Assembly: GCA_020054475.1 (NCBI GenBank)
Contig: JAHWGJ010000002.1
Span: 38,100 to 102,099 of the forward strand
Direction of reading: 5' to 3'
Origin: Thermoplasmata archaeon
GTDB lineage: Archaea; Thermoplasmatota; E2; DHVEG-1
DNA length: 64,000 nucleotides
Shown: in pieces, positions 49,057 through 58,531 of the stretch
Layout of the letters: each line of letters begins with the position of its first letter
Position numbering within the stretch: position 1 is the first letter of the stretch
Translations under genes and position numbers: made by a program
The notes under the pieces: model-generated
The model's input: the letters and a program-made list of their open reading frames with translations, nothing else
What the model was told of the DNA's origin: nothing
The model's database searches: none

Positions 49057-49356
49057 ATGACATACGTTATATTTGAAGTTAAAACAGAAAACATAGCTAA
49101 AATTAATGATTTATTAAAAGATGATTTAGTCAGTAGACAAAGTATACTTACTAGGGATTCAAGTTCTCTTAATATTGAAAAGGATGTATCTTATTTAAAA
49201 ATTGAAGGAAGTACTGAAGGTATCAAAAAAGCAGAGAAACTTGCAAAAGAATTTGAATTTAAAAAACTTAGCGTTAAAGATGCTGCAGAAGTAAATAAAA
49301 AAATTGAGGAGCAGGAGAATTCCGCTGCTGATGGAATGGGAATGATTTTTGGTTAA
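49057..49356 (+). CDS. small protein with a ribosomal-stalk-like C-terminal tail
   Basis: About 99 aa, starting at ATG 49057 (AAGGTGA RBS). It ends EEQENSAADGMGMIFG, compared with the L12/P1 tail [13 protein letters not shown] in this same window. Confidence 0.6.
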   Translation: MTYVIFEVKTENIAKINDLLKDDLVSRQSILTRDSSSLNIEKDVSYLKIEGSTEGIKKAEKLAKEFEFKKLSVKDAAEVNKKIEEQENSAADGMGMIFG

Positions 49357-49359
49357 ATC

Positions 49360-50376
49360 TTATATTTTCCAATAAACATTCATCTCATTTTTTATTATTT
49401 TTAAAACATAATCAACATCTTTTTTCTCATTAACATAATCTTCAATACTTATTGGATTAAGAAGTAATTGACTGAGTTGAGATAATAAACATTTTCCAAT
49501 CCAATCTAAATTATAGCCCCCTTCAAGTGTGCATACAATTTTAGGTTGAATTTTTTGAAATCTTGAAATAATTTCACCAAAAAAATTAACTGATAAATTT
49601 AATCCCCCAAGCATGTCTGCATGATGTGAATCATAGCCACATGATACAAGTATTATATCTGGTTTAAATTGTTTTGCAATGGGTAAGAAGATTTCATCTA
49701 AAAGTTGAGCTACTGCTTTATCGCCATTTCCATATTTTAAAGGAGTATTTACATTAAAACCACTCCCTTCATTCTCACCTATTTCATGCGGGTCACCTGT
49801 TCCAGGGTAATGAGGTGATAGATGAAAAGATTGATACATTACCTCCTTTCTATTATAAAAAATATCTTGAGTGCCATTACCATGATGAACATCCAAATCA
49901 AAAATAAGTACACGTTTAATATTTTTTAAAGCCCTATTTGCTGCGATAGCAATATTATTGAAAAGACAAAAACCCATTGATCTATCTATCGTGGCATGAT
50001 GCCCGGGTGGTCTAACTAATGCAAAACCATTTCTTGCTTTATCATTTATCACATTTTCAGTTAATTCCACTAAACCTCCAGCAGCTAATCTTGCAATATT
50101 ATAATCACCTTTACATACATATGTATCTGGATCAAGCCATGAATTTTCTTTTAAATTTGCAAACTTAACTTTATCAATCATATTCTTAGAATGAACATCA
50201 TATAAGGATTCTTCATCTAAAAGATTAGGCATAATAATTTCAAGTTTTTCAAAAAAAGATGTTTTCTTAATTTCTTGCATCATTGCAACTAATCTTTTAG
50301 CATTTTCAGGGTGAGTTATATTATCATGTTTTTGGAATTCGTCAGAATATACTAATTGAGTTTTCATTATTTTCAA
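49360..50376 (-). CDS. histone deacetylase-family amidohydrolase (AcuC/acetylpolyamine deacetylase-like)
   Basis: 338 aa with the RPPGHHA, DLDVHHGNGTQ and EGGY signatures. Confidence 0.9.
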   Translation of the reverse strand: MKIMKTQLVYSDEFQKHDNITHPENAKRLVAMMQEIKKTSFFEKLEIIMPNLLDEESLYDVHSKNMIDKVKFANLKENSWLDPDTYVCKGDYNIARLAAGGLVELTENVINDKARNGFALVRPPGHHATIDRSMGFCLFNNIAIAANRALKNIKRVLIFDLDVHHGNGTQDIFYNRKEVMYQSFHLSPHYPGTGDPHEIGENEGSGFNVNTPLKYGNGDKAVAQLLDEIFLPIAKQFKPDIILVSCGYDSHHADMLGGLNLSVNFFGEIISRFQKIQPKIVCTLEGGYNLDWIGKCLLSQLSQLLLNPISIEDYVNEKKDVDYVLKIIKNEMNVYWKI

Positions 50377-50475
50377 AAAAACAAGATTAAATACTCAAAT
50401 ATAAGATTAATTATAATGATTTAAGTATGCTCAATACATTGAGGATAAAAGAAATCGGGGGTTTATAATTAAAAA

Positions 50476-53343
50476 ATGAGTGAAACGTTAATTGGTATCT
50501 CTTCTGATTATCTATATCTATATAATCAACAGCCAAAATCTGTATCAGATTATCATAAACCTTATTTTCTAGCTTTTACTCCGCAAGAAAAAAATATAAT
50601 TAATGCTAGAAAAGAATTGATAAGCAAATGGAGGAATAATAATTCAAGTGATAATATTTTTTCCAAAATTGAGGATATTGGAGAAATTGAAAAATATAGG
50701 AGTTTCTGGGAATTTAATAAAACTTGGGATGTCTTTAAGGTTTATACAATAAAATCATATCTTGTCCCAGAGGTCAGTGATTATTTATTTTTTAATTATG
50801 ATTTTTATACAGCTGAGCATGACATACCTTATCATCAAAGATCACTTATTGATTTAGCATCAGAGGATAAAATATGGTTATTTGATACTAATGGAAAAAA
50901 GGAAACAATAAAGTGTTTAATTTATGATATTGAAACAACACAATTTGATCTTTCAAAAACAAATATCCCTATTGATATAATTGGTTATACTGATTTTAAT
51001 ATAGATTTTAAATCTTCTAAGGACCTTGATGTTGAAGAGTTTAGTTTTGATATTATTGATTGTCCCGTTCATTCTGAAGATATTGATATTACTCAACTTA
51101 TTTCACGTAATTTAGATGAAGAAATTGAAAATCTATATAAATTTTGTAAATTACTTAAAAATTATCATATTATTTCGGGGCATAATATAGCTGGTTTTGA
51201 TAATATTCAGATACATAATAGAGTGAAATGGATTTTATCTAATCAAAAATCACGATTAAGTAATGATGAATTGAAAATTTTTAATGAATTTATTAATATT
51301 TATAGCCGGGTTGATAAATCATTTCATTTTGGTGTTGGATCAGAAGTTGTAAATTTTTATCCTAGTTCTTTTGACACTTATCAAGCTACAAGAAAATTTT
51401 ATCCTTTTTTAGATTCATTTGGTCTTAAAGCAGTTGCTCCTTTTATTGGTGTTGGTGTAAAAGATAGGTTGATTCTAACACCTTCTCAGATTAAAATTGA
51501 TAATCGAACTTTGAAATATAATAAACAAGATGTTATCGAACAAAGAGGTGTTACATTAAATCTTATACAGCAAGCTTTACCTTTATCTTTTACTACCTGT
51601 ATGACTTTTGATAATCTATTATCATCTGGTGCGGTAAACATGTGGGATCATATGGCAATGATTAGAGGATCTTTACAGAAGAAAATAATGCCTCCGATAT
51701 GTAGACCTTTTTCAATTTCAAAAACTTTATTACATAATTTTAATGATATTGATACTAAAGAAAAAATAATCACTGAAGGAAGGAATAATAGAGAGCAGCT
51801 TTCTAAGGAATTTGTAAGGGTTTTAAAATATGGTGAGGAAATGCCTGATTGGGTTAAATACCCGTATGTCATCTATAATGTAAATTCTAAAGATATTGAT
51901 GATAGATTAAATTACCATATGCCTGGTGGAATGACAATTAAGCCTGATAAAGATACTGAATCTCATTTTATTCCTTGGTTTAATCTTATAGTAGCTGATG
52001 TTGGAGCTATGTATCCAACTATTCTTAAAGCAATGAATATTGGTGCAGATACAGTTCAAATTTGTCCTAATCCTGATGAATCTAATGAATTAATCTGGTT
52101 GAAAAAATTACCTAGAAAATTTTTAGAAAGTAATTTTTGTAATTATTCAGATATAAGTGAGCAAGATTCATTTGCTGATAAAGGATATAAATTAGATATC
52201 ATAATTGATAATAAACCTGGTGTAATAAATTGTGCAATGACTGGTATTATGAGTATGATATCAAAAGTTAAAAAGGAACTTAAGGAAACCAAAAAAAGTG
52301 GTGATAAATCTGAAATAGATAGATTAAAAATGATGTATCAAAGTATTAAAGGTGCACGTAACGCTGGAACTCATGGAATTCTAGCGGCTCCAAATGTCTC
52401 TGGTAGACAATTTAACCTCTGGGGAGCAGCAGCTATTACAACTAAAGGTCAAATGATACTTGCAGATACACTTGATTATCTTGAAAAAAAGGACATTAGA
52501 GTAGTATATGGAGATACTGATGGCATATATTTAGGATGCTCACGATCAATGGGTAATTTACCTGATTTTTCAAATGCACTTAATATTGTTATCAAAGATA
52601 ATAAGGAGGATTGGTTATCAAATCCAGAATATGTTCTATCTGCAATAAAGGAGTGCAACAAAAGATGGCAGACAGAATTAAATTATCCTGATTTTGAATT
52701 AGAACCAGAAATTCATGATTGTATGATTTTTGTTAAACATAAAAATTATTTAATATTTGATGAAAAAAACGGTACAATTGAAATGACTACTAAAGGTAAT
52801 AATTTCAAAGGATCTGATAAAGCTAATATTGCAAGAAAAATACTTAGAAAAATAATGATTAATGTACTAAAAGAAAACCCTAACTGGATTGATGAGAAAA
52901 AGGCGAGAAATGACATTAAAAAAAGTATAACAAATAATACGAAAAAAATTCTTTTAGATTTTGATTTATCAAAAGTTGAGATTGATGATTTAACGATAAT
53001 TCAATCTGTTAAACCCTCAAATCAATATAAGAAAAATCAGGATGGTTCATTATCAACTTTTGGTAAGAGGGCTGTTGCTTTAGAAAAACTTTTAAACAAG
53101 CCTATTAAATCAAGAATAAAAATAAAATTTGTTATTACAAAGAATCATCTTCCTGGTATTTCAAATCCTTCAAAAAGTGGTGTGAAACCAATTGATTATA
53201 TGTATCCAATAGAGTTATTAAAGAATGTAAAAGATATTGATTTAAAATGGTATAAAAAAATGATTGAAAACTATATCCAAGGTGCTTTTGGCCTTCATGA
53301 TATTGAAGTTACTGAGCAGAAGGGATTAGATGCTTGGATGTAA
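50476..53343 (+). CDS. polB: family B DNA polymerase
   Basis: 955 aa.
- Exo I: YDIETT.
- Exo II: NIAGFD.
- Exo III: YNKQD.
- Motif A: DVGAMYPT.
- Motif B (divergent): KGARNAGTHG.
- Motif C: YGDTDG. Confidence 0.9.
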   Translation: MSETLIGISSDYLYLYNQQPKSVSDYHKPYFLAFTPQEKNIINARKELISKWRNNNSSDNIFSKIEDIGEIEKYRSFWEFNKTWDVFKVYTIKSYLVPEVSDYLFFNYDFYTAEHDIPYHQRSLIDLASEDKIWLFDTNGKKETIKCLIYDIETTQFDLSKTNIPIDIIGYTDFNIDFKSSKDLDVEEFSFDIIDCPVHSEDIDITQLISRNLDEEIENLYKFCKLLKNYHIISGHNIAGFDNIQIHNRVKWILSNQKSRLSNDELKIFNEFINIYSRVDKSFHFGVGSEVVNFYPSSFDTYQATRKFYPFLDSFGLKAVAPFIGVGVKDRLILTPSQIKIDNRTLKYNKQDVIEQRGVTLNLIQQALPLSFTTCMTFDNLLSSGAVNMWDHMAMIRGSLQKKIMPPICRPFSISKTLLHNFNDIDTKEKIITEGRNNREQLSKEFVRVLKYGEEMPDWVKYPYVIYNVNSKDIDDRLNYHMPGGMTIKPDKDTESHFIPWFNLIVADVGAMYPTILKAMNIGADTVQICPNPDESNELIWLKKLPRKFLESNFCNYSDISEQDSFADKGYKLDIIIDNKPGVINCAMTGIMSMISKVKKELKETKKSGDKSEIDRLKMMYQSIKGARNAGTHGILAAPNVSGRQFNLWGAAAITTKGQMILADTLDYLEKKDIRVVYGDTDGIYLGCSRSMGNLPDFSNALNIVIKDNKEDWLSNPEYVLSAIKECNKRWQTELNYPDFELEPEIHDCMIFVKHKNYLIFDEKNGTIEMTTKGNNFKGSDKANIARKILRKIMINVLKENPNWIDEKKARNDIKKSITNNTKKILLDFDLSKVEIDDLTIIQSVKPSNQYKKNQDGSLSTFGKRAVALEKLLNKPIKSRIKIKFVITKNHLPGISNPSKSGVKPIDYMYPIELLKNVKDIDLKWYKKMIENYIQGAFGLHDIEVTEQKGLDAWM

Positions 53344-53470
53344 AAATATCTGCATTATTTAATATATTATTGGACGTTAAATTTTAATTTTATGTAATAA
53401 ATATAATAGTAAAATTTAAATATGCATTAATATGATTACAAACAAATTGGGACGTTTTTAGGAGAAAAAT

Positions 53471-55384
53471 ATGAAGAAAAATCTTTATAAATATAATAAA
53501 ATATTTTTTAGCATTTTTACAATAATATTATTACTGTTATTACCGTTAGTTAGTTCAAGTTATATTGAAAAATCTGAAAATAATAATTTCCAAATTAATA
53601 ATTATAAGTTTTCAAAAACATTTTCCACACCTATAATATATACTGAAGAAGATTTTATAAAAATTGATTTTGAAGAAGCAAATTCTTATATATCTTTAGA
53701 AAGTCATCCTAAACTACCTGTTTATTCAAAAGTATTCGAATTACCTTATGGTTCAGAGATAATAGATGTCAAAAATACAATTTCTGAGATAAATAATAAG
53801 ATGTTAACACAAAAAGTTGAACCTGTACCTTTTCATCAAAGTATAAATGATATAACTCCAGTAGAAATGGAATTTAATAATTACATTTATAATTCTAATA
53901 ATCTATATCCTAATGAATGGATTAGTTATCAGGTTGGCGTTGGTATAAATAATGATAACAAAATTGTTAAATTTATATCAGTTAAAATAAATCCAATTAG
54001 ATATAATCCTATTGAAAATAATATTAAATTCATAAATAGTATAAGTGTAGAAATAATTTATTCTGAACCCGAATTAAAAATATTAAAAAATAATGGCGAT
54101 TTTGATTTAGTTATAATTTCTCCATCAGAATTTGTTAATAATCTTGCATCTTTTGTTGATCATAAGAATAATAATGATATGCTTACAACAATTAAAGCAA
54201 TTGAAGATATTTATTTAGATTTTAATGGTAGAGATTATCAGGAGAAAATTAAATACTTTGTTAAATATGCTATTGAAGAATGGAAGGTTAAATATATTCT
54301 TCTAATAGGGGATATAAATAAGCTTCCGATTAGAACAACTGATGCCTATCCTTGGTCCGGTTATCATGGAAATGGAATATTATCCGATCTATATTATGCG
54401 GATATATATGATAAAGATTTTAATTTTTGTTCTTGGGATTCTAACAATAACAACGTTTTTGGTGAAATTGAAGAATTAGATCTCCGATCTGATTTTTATA
54501 TTAACATAGATGATGTAGATCTATATCCAGACGTACATATTGGGAGAATTCCTTGTTCAACATCTGAAGAACTTGCAATAGTTCTTGATAAGATCATAAA
54601 TTACGAGGAATTTACTTTTGATCAGATATGGTTCAATAAAATAATTTTAGCTGGTGGGGATACTTTTCCATTATCAAAAGGCTCTTTACCATTTGTTTAT
54701 GAAGGTGAAATAACAAATACCAAAGTTGGTGAACAATTACCTAGTTTTGAAAAGATAAAATTATGGTCTTCAAAGCATAATTTGAATGCACATAAGTTTA
54801 ACAAAGCCATAAGAGAAGGTGCTGGTTTTTTGAGTTATGCCGGACATGGTTTTGAGCATGGATGGGGTACATATAGACCTAATTCAATTAGAAATAAAAT
54901 GGGTATTCTTCAGCCATTGTATTATACTCCATTTATTAAATATATAAGAAATGATTATAGATTACCCATTATTTTCTTTGATGCTTGTTTAACTGCAAAG
55001 CTTGATTTTAATATTACGGATCTTGAAGATTATTATGGTTTACCTGTTTCAATTTTTAATTTTTTACCACGTAATAGATATTCTATTTCTGATTTTTTCC
55101 CAAGTTTAACTTGGAGTTTTCTTAAGGATGAAAATGGAGGTAGTATTGCCTCTATTGGTGCTACTAGACCTGCATATACTTATGTTGATAAATATGGTGT
55201 TTATGCTGGTGCAGGATACCTAGATGTACATTTCTTTAAAGCATATTATGAAGGAACAACAATTGGAAAAATGCTAACTCAATCCCAGTTGGATTATATC
55301 AATTATGTTGGAAAAGATTTTTTTACTATTGAGGAGTTTATGTTAATTGGAGATCCAAGTTTAAAAGTTGGCGGATATCCATAA
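53471..55384 (+). CDS. secreted peptidase C25 (gingipain-like), paralogue without the PKD/SMP tail
   Basis: 637 aa. Signal peptide, C25 propeptide-like N-terminus, YAGHGFEHGWG (His) and IIFFDACLTAK (Cys). Shares DLYYADIYD and YPD.HIGRIPC blocks with 25640-27832. Confidence 0.8.
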   Translation: MKKNLYKYNKIFFSIFTIILLLLLPLVSSSYIEKSENNNFQINNYKFSKTFSTPIIYTEEDFIKIDFEEANSYISLESHPKLPVYSKVFELPYGSEIIDVKNTISEINNKMLTQKVEPVPFHQSINDITPVEMEFNNYIYNSNNLYPNEWISYQVGVGINNDNKIVKFISVKINPIRYNPIENNIKFINSISVEIIYSEPELKILKNNGDFDLVIISPSEFVNNLASFVDHKNNNDMLTTIKAIEDIYLDFNGRDYQEKIKYFVKYAIEEWKVKYILLIGDINKLPIRTTDAYPWSGYHGNGILSDLYYADIYDKDFNFCSWDSNNNNVFGEIEELDLRSDFYINIDDVDLYPDVHIGRIPCSTSEELAIVLDKIINYEEFTFDQIWFNKIILAGGDTFPLSKGSLPFVYEGEITNTKVGEQLPSFEKIKLWSSKHNLNAHKFNKAIREGAGFLSYAGHGFEHGWGTYRPNSIRNKMGILQPLYYTPFIKYIRNDYRLPIIFFDACLTAKLDFNITDLEDYYGLPVSIFNFLPRNRYSISDFFPSLTWSFLKDENGGSIASIGATRPAYTYVDKYGVYAGAGYLDVHFFKAYYEGTTIGKMLTQSQLDYINYVGKDFFTIEEFMLIGDPSLKVGGYP

Positions 55385-55540
55385 AAAATAAACAATATTA
55401 TTAGTAATCAATTTGAAAAAATTGTTAAAATATTAAAAAATTATAATTAAAGTTGTTCTTTCACCAATTATTCAAACCTTAATCGCTTTAAGGTGAAGAT
55501 ATATTTTTTATTGGTTGAAAAAACAACTTATATGAATTAT

Positions 55541-55855
55541 TTAACCAAATAATGCTCCAAGTCCTGCTGCAGCGTCTTCTTCTGATACTTCTTCCTCTTC
55601 TTTCTCTTTTTTATCTTCTTTTTTCTTTTCTTCTGTAGAAGTATCTTTTCCTGATACCGCTGGTGCTGCTGCTACTGGAACTGCAGCTGTTTTTATTGCA
55701 TCCTCAATATTTACACCTTCAAGTGAAGCAGTTAATGCTTTTATTCTTGCATCATCAGCTTTAACACCGGCAGCGGTTAAGATTTTTTTTATACCTTCTT
55801 CAGTTATATCTTTTCCTGCCGAATGAAGAAGCATTGCACTGTATATGTATTCCAT
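55541..55855 (-). CDS. rpl12: 50S ribosomal stalk protein P1 (L12)
   Basis: [15 protein letters not shown]..., an Ala/Pro hinge, an acidic tract and the terminal [10 protein letters not shown]. Confidence 0.93.
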   Translation of the reverse strand: MEYIYSAMLLHSAGKDITEEGIKKILTAAGVKADDARIKALTASLEGVNIEDAIKTAAVPVAAAPAVSGKDTSTEEKKKEDKKEKEEEEVSEEDAAAGLGALFG

Positions 55856-55880
55856 TTATTTTTTGCCTCCTATATTTTTT

Positions 55881-56762
55881 TTATGTCATCATATTCTTTA
55901 AATCTTCATCAAGCCCATCTTTAGATTTCGATGCTAATGAAATCATAGATGAATGAGCTTTTGAAATCAAATGTTTAATGGTTTTCTTATTTATTATTCC
56001 TCTATCAATTGCTAGGCTAAATGCATTTCTGTATGCTTTATTTAATAAAGGCTCAATTGTATTTTTATTTATCCATGATGTCTCAATAGCTAGATTAAAA
56101 GCATTGCTTGATGCTTTTTGAATGTTTAATAAGAATTCATCCATATCAATATCTAATATATCTGGCTTGTAAATATTACCTTGTTCAAAGATGCCGTGTA
56201 TAGACATTCCAATTTCTATTGGAAATATTTCAAGCCTAGTTAGCATTTGTGCTACATCTTTTGGTATTTTCTCACCAGCAGGGACTACAATTTTATCTTT
56301 TTTAATGACTACTTTTCCCTCTTGAATAGCTGCGGGAATACCCGCTTTTTGAAGATCTCCAACAATTGGTCCTGGTTTAAAAGGAGTGGTTCCTGCTTTT
56401 ACTTCGATATCTGAACTGACTATTTCTCCTCCTTTTGCTGGTGCATTTGTTCTAGTTGTTTTAATTTTATTGAAAATTTTAAATGGATTAATATCTGTAG
56501 CAAGTATTGCTGTTTGACCGGTCATATATTCTTTTAGATTAGATATGCCTTTGACTTTTTTTTCAGCTTCATCAAAGGCTCTTATTATTAAGGAGTTTTT
56601 TGATGATCTTAATTCTGCAATGTTCTGTAGATTTGTTCTCATTTTTTGAATTTGAGGTGCGGGTATTCCGCCGATTTCAACGATTCCTATAACCGGTTTG
56701 TTTGTTAGAAGATTTTTAAGTTCTTCAACTTCTTTGAATTTCCATTTTGCAACGTGAGCCAT
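55881..56762 (-). CDS. rpl10: 50S ribosomal protein uL10 (P0), lacking the usual acidic/GLGALFG tail
   Basis: 293 aa with the uL10 N-domain and three spine-helix repeats (..NAFNLAIE.., ..NAFSLAID.., ..SMISLAS..). It ends DEDLKNMMT. Confidence 0.9.
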   Translation of the reverse strand: MAHVAKWKFKEVEELKNLLTNKPVIGIVEIGGIPAPQIQKMRTNLQNIAELRSSKNSLIIRAFDEAEKKVKGISNLKEYMTGQTAILATDINPFKIFNKIKTTRTNAPAKGGEIVSSDIEVKAGTTPFKPGPIVGDLQKAGIPAAIQEGKVVIKKDKIVVPAGEKIPKDVAQMLTRLEIFPIEIGMSIHGIFEQGNIYKPDILDIDMDEFLLNIQKASSNAFNLAIETSWINKNTIEPLLNKAYRNAFSLAIDRGIINKKTIKHLISKAHSSMISLASKSKDGLDEDLKNMMT

Positions 56763-56773
56763 ATTTATTCTCC

Positions 56774-57418
56774 TTATATAACCCTCTCTGATGGCCCCAT
56801 AGTAGTTTTGATATAAACTGAGCCTATATTTAAACGTCCTCTTTCTAATGTTCCTTCTAAACGTTTTATAATTATATCAACATTTGCTGCAATTTGTTGA
56901 GAATCCATTTCTTCATTACCTGCTATTGTATGAAATGTTTTATTACTTTTTGATCTTAATTTAATTGTCTTATGAAGATTTTGTACTAATCCTGATATGT
57001 CTGCATTTGGTGGTACGGGTTTAGGCATTTTTCCTCGGGGACCTAAAACTGTACCCAATGTTTTACCAATTGTAGGCATTAAAGGTGCTTCTGCAATGAA
57101 AAAATGATGATTGTCCGCTATTTTTTTAAATTCTTTTTTATTGCTTGATAGTTCTTCTATCTCGTCTGGTTGAATTAATAAATCAACATGTTTCTTTGAT
57201 TTTTGAGCTAATTCTCCACTTGCAAAAAGAGCGATTTTTGCTTTTTCTCCTCGTCCATTAGGCAGAATTATTTCCTCTTCAACTCTGTTCTTTGGAATGC
57301 TTAAATCAACATTTTTCAGATTTACAACTAAATCGATATTTTGCTTTAGTTTTCTATTTAGTTTCTTCGATTCTTGTAATATTTTTTCAACAATGTCAAC
57401 GATTTTTTTATCTGCCAT
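56774..57418 (-). CDS. rpl1: 50S ribosomal protein uL1
   Basis: L1 fold sequence (..GKTLG.VLGPRGKMP.P..) at the first position of the L1-L10-L12 operon. Start set at MADKK (57418); the ORF extends to 57457. Confidence 0.9.
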   Translation of the reverse strand: MADKKIVDIVEKILQESKKLNRKLKQNIDLVVNLKNVDLSIPKNRVEEEIILPNGRGEKAKIALFASGELAQKSKKHVDLLIQPDEIEELSSNKKEFKKIADNHHFFIAEAPLMPTIGKTLGTVLGPRGKMPKPVPPNADISGLVQNLHKTIKLRSKSNKTFHTIAGNEEMDSQQIAANVDIIIKRLEGTLERGRLNIGSVYIKTTMGPSERVI

Positions 57419-57511
57419 ATTTATCAATTTAATTTTTTTGAAATATTCTTTCTCCATATAGATATGGAAATGTAGTTCTCGGGAATGATAACCCTATTTA
57501 TAAAAGTTTGG

Positions 57512-58486
57512 TCAATTATTATTACTCATTCGTTCTAGTATTAATTCAATTATTTCTTCGGGGCCTCTTATTTTCTTTAATTCTCTTTTAACTATTAAAG
57601 GTGTTCCTTCAATATTTTGTTTTTTGATTTTTCCGTCTGTAAAAAGAACTGCATGTTTTTCAGTTATTTTTGATATGCTACCTACAATTTGGGCTCTTTT
57701 TATTAATTGTTTATCATTTTTATGGATGCAGGTTAATAATATTTTATCTTTATCTTTGCTTACAGCATCAAATGGGCATCGATCCATAGGTATTATTTCA
57801 TAGCCCACTTGTTTTAAAATTGAAAATATTTCTTTTTGAAGATCTCTAAATTGTTCTTCAGGTTTATTTGTTGATGGTTTTTTGGTTTTTTCATATATTG
57901 TTTGTTTTTTATTTTTATTTAGAAGGTCAATGTTAACTGTTATTGTATCTTTTAGTAGCTTTTCGATTCTTTGTGCAAATTCTATGCGTGCATTCATTCC
58001 TTCTTCATACATTCTGACTGTTCTTCTTGAGACTTTTACTGAACGTGCAAATGATCCGATAGATATATTTTGTTTTTTCCTTAATCTAATTAATTTTTCG
58101 TTATCAAGATTAACATAAAATCCTCCTGGTGCTGCATAGATTTTTAGAGGTGTTCCATCTAATAGATAACTCTCTAATGTATCAATTGATATTGTCTGTA
58201 TGCCAAATCGGTCATATACAACATCTTTTTCTAAATAACCGGTTCCGCCTCTTTCACCAATTAGTAAAGGTTGGCCTTTTAGTAATTTTGATAATAATTT
58301 AAGTTCGTTTGCTACATCCTCCGATATAGCATTAATATTTGTTAAAACTTTAATTATAAGTAGTGAGTTGTCCCTTCTAGCAACTAGATCAAATCCTATT
58401 GGACGCATTGAATATAAATCAGAGACGTAAAATCCTGCATTACTAAGTATTTCTCTGATTACTTTAACTAGATCTAATCTGTTCAT
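57512..58486 (-). CDS. archaeal COG1395-type putative transcriptional regulator with a central HTH (XRE) domain
   Basis: 324 aa. The central stretch LRKKQNISIGSFARSVKVSRRTVRMYEEG is an HTH_3-like helix-turn-helix. Confidence 0.75.
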   Translation of the reverse strand: MNRLDLVKVIREILSNAGFYVSDLYSMRPIGFDLVARRDNSLLIIKVLTNINAISEDVANELKLLSKLLKGQPLLIGERGGTGYLEKDVVYDRFGIQTISIDTLESYLLDGTPLKIYAAPGGFYVNLDNEKLIRLRKKQNISIGSFARSVKVSRRTVRMYEEGMNARIEFAQRIEKLLKDTITVNIDLLNKNKKQTIYEKTKKPSTNKPEEQFRDLQKEIFSILKQVGYEIIPMDRCPFDAVSKDKDKILLTCIHKNDKQLIKRAQIVGSISKITEKHAVLFTDGKIKKQNIEGTPLIVKRELKKIRGPEEIIELILERMSNNN

Positions 58487-58531
58487 TTATATAAAGGTTA
58501 AATTATGGTTTAATATATAATAATATCGGGG

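Noticed and set aside
50476-53343. Inteins in PolB, and also in RpoA'/RpoB
   Set aside because: The protein lengths are close to intein-free homologues, and the conserved polymerase motifs are contiguous, with no Cys/Ser...HN splice-junction blocks.
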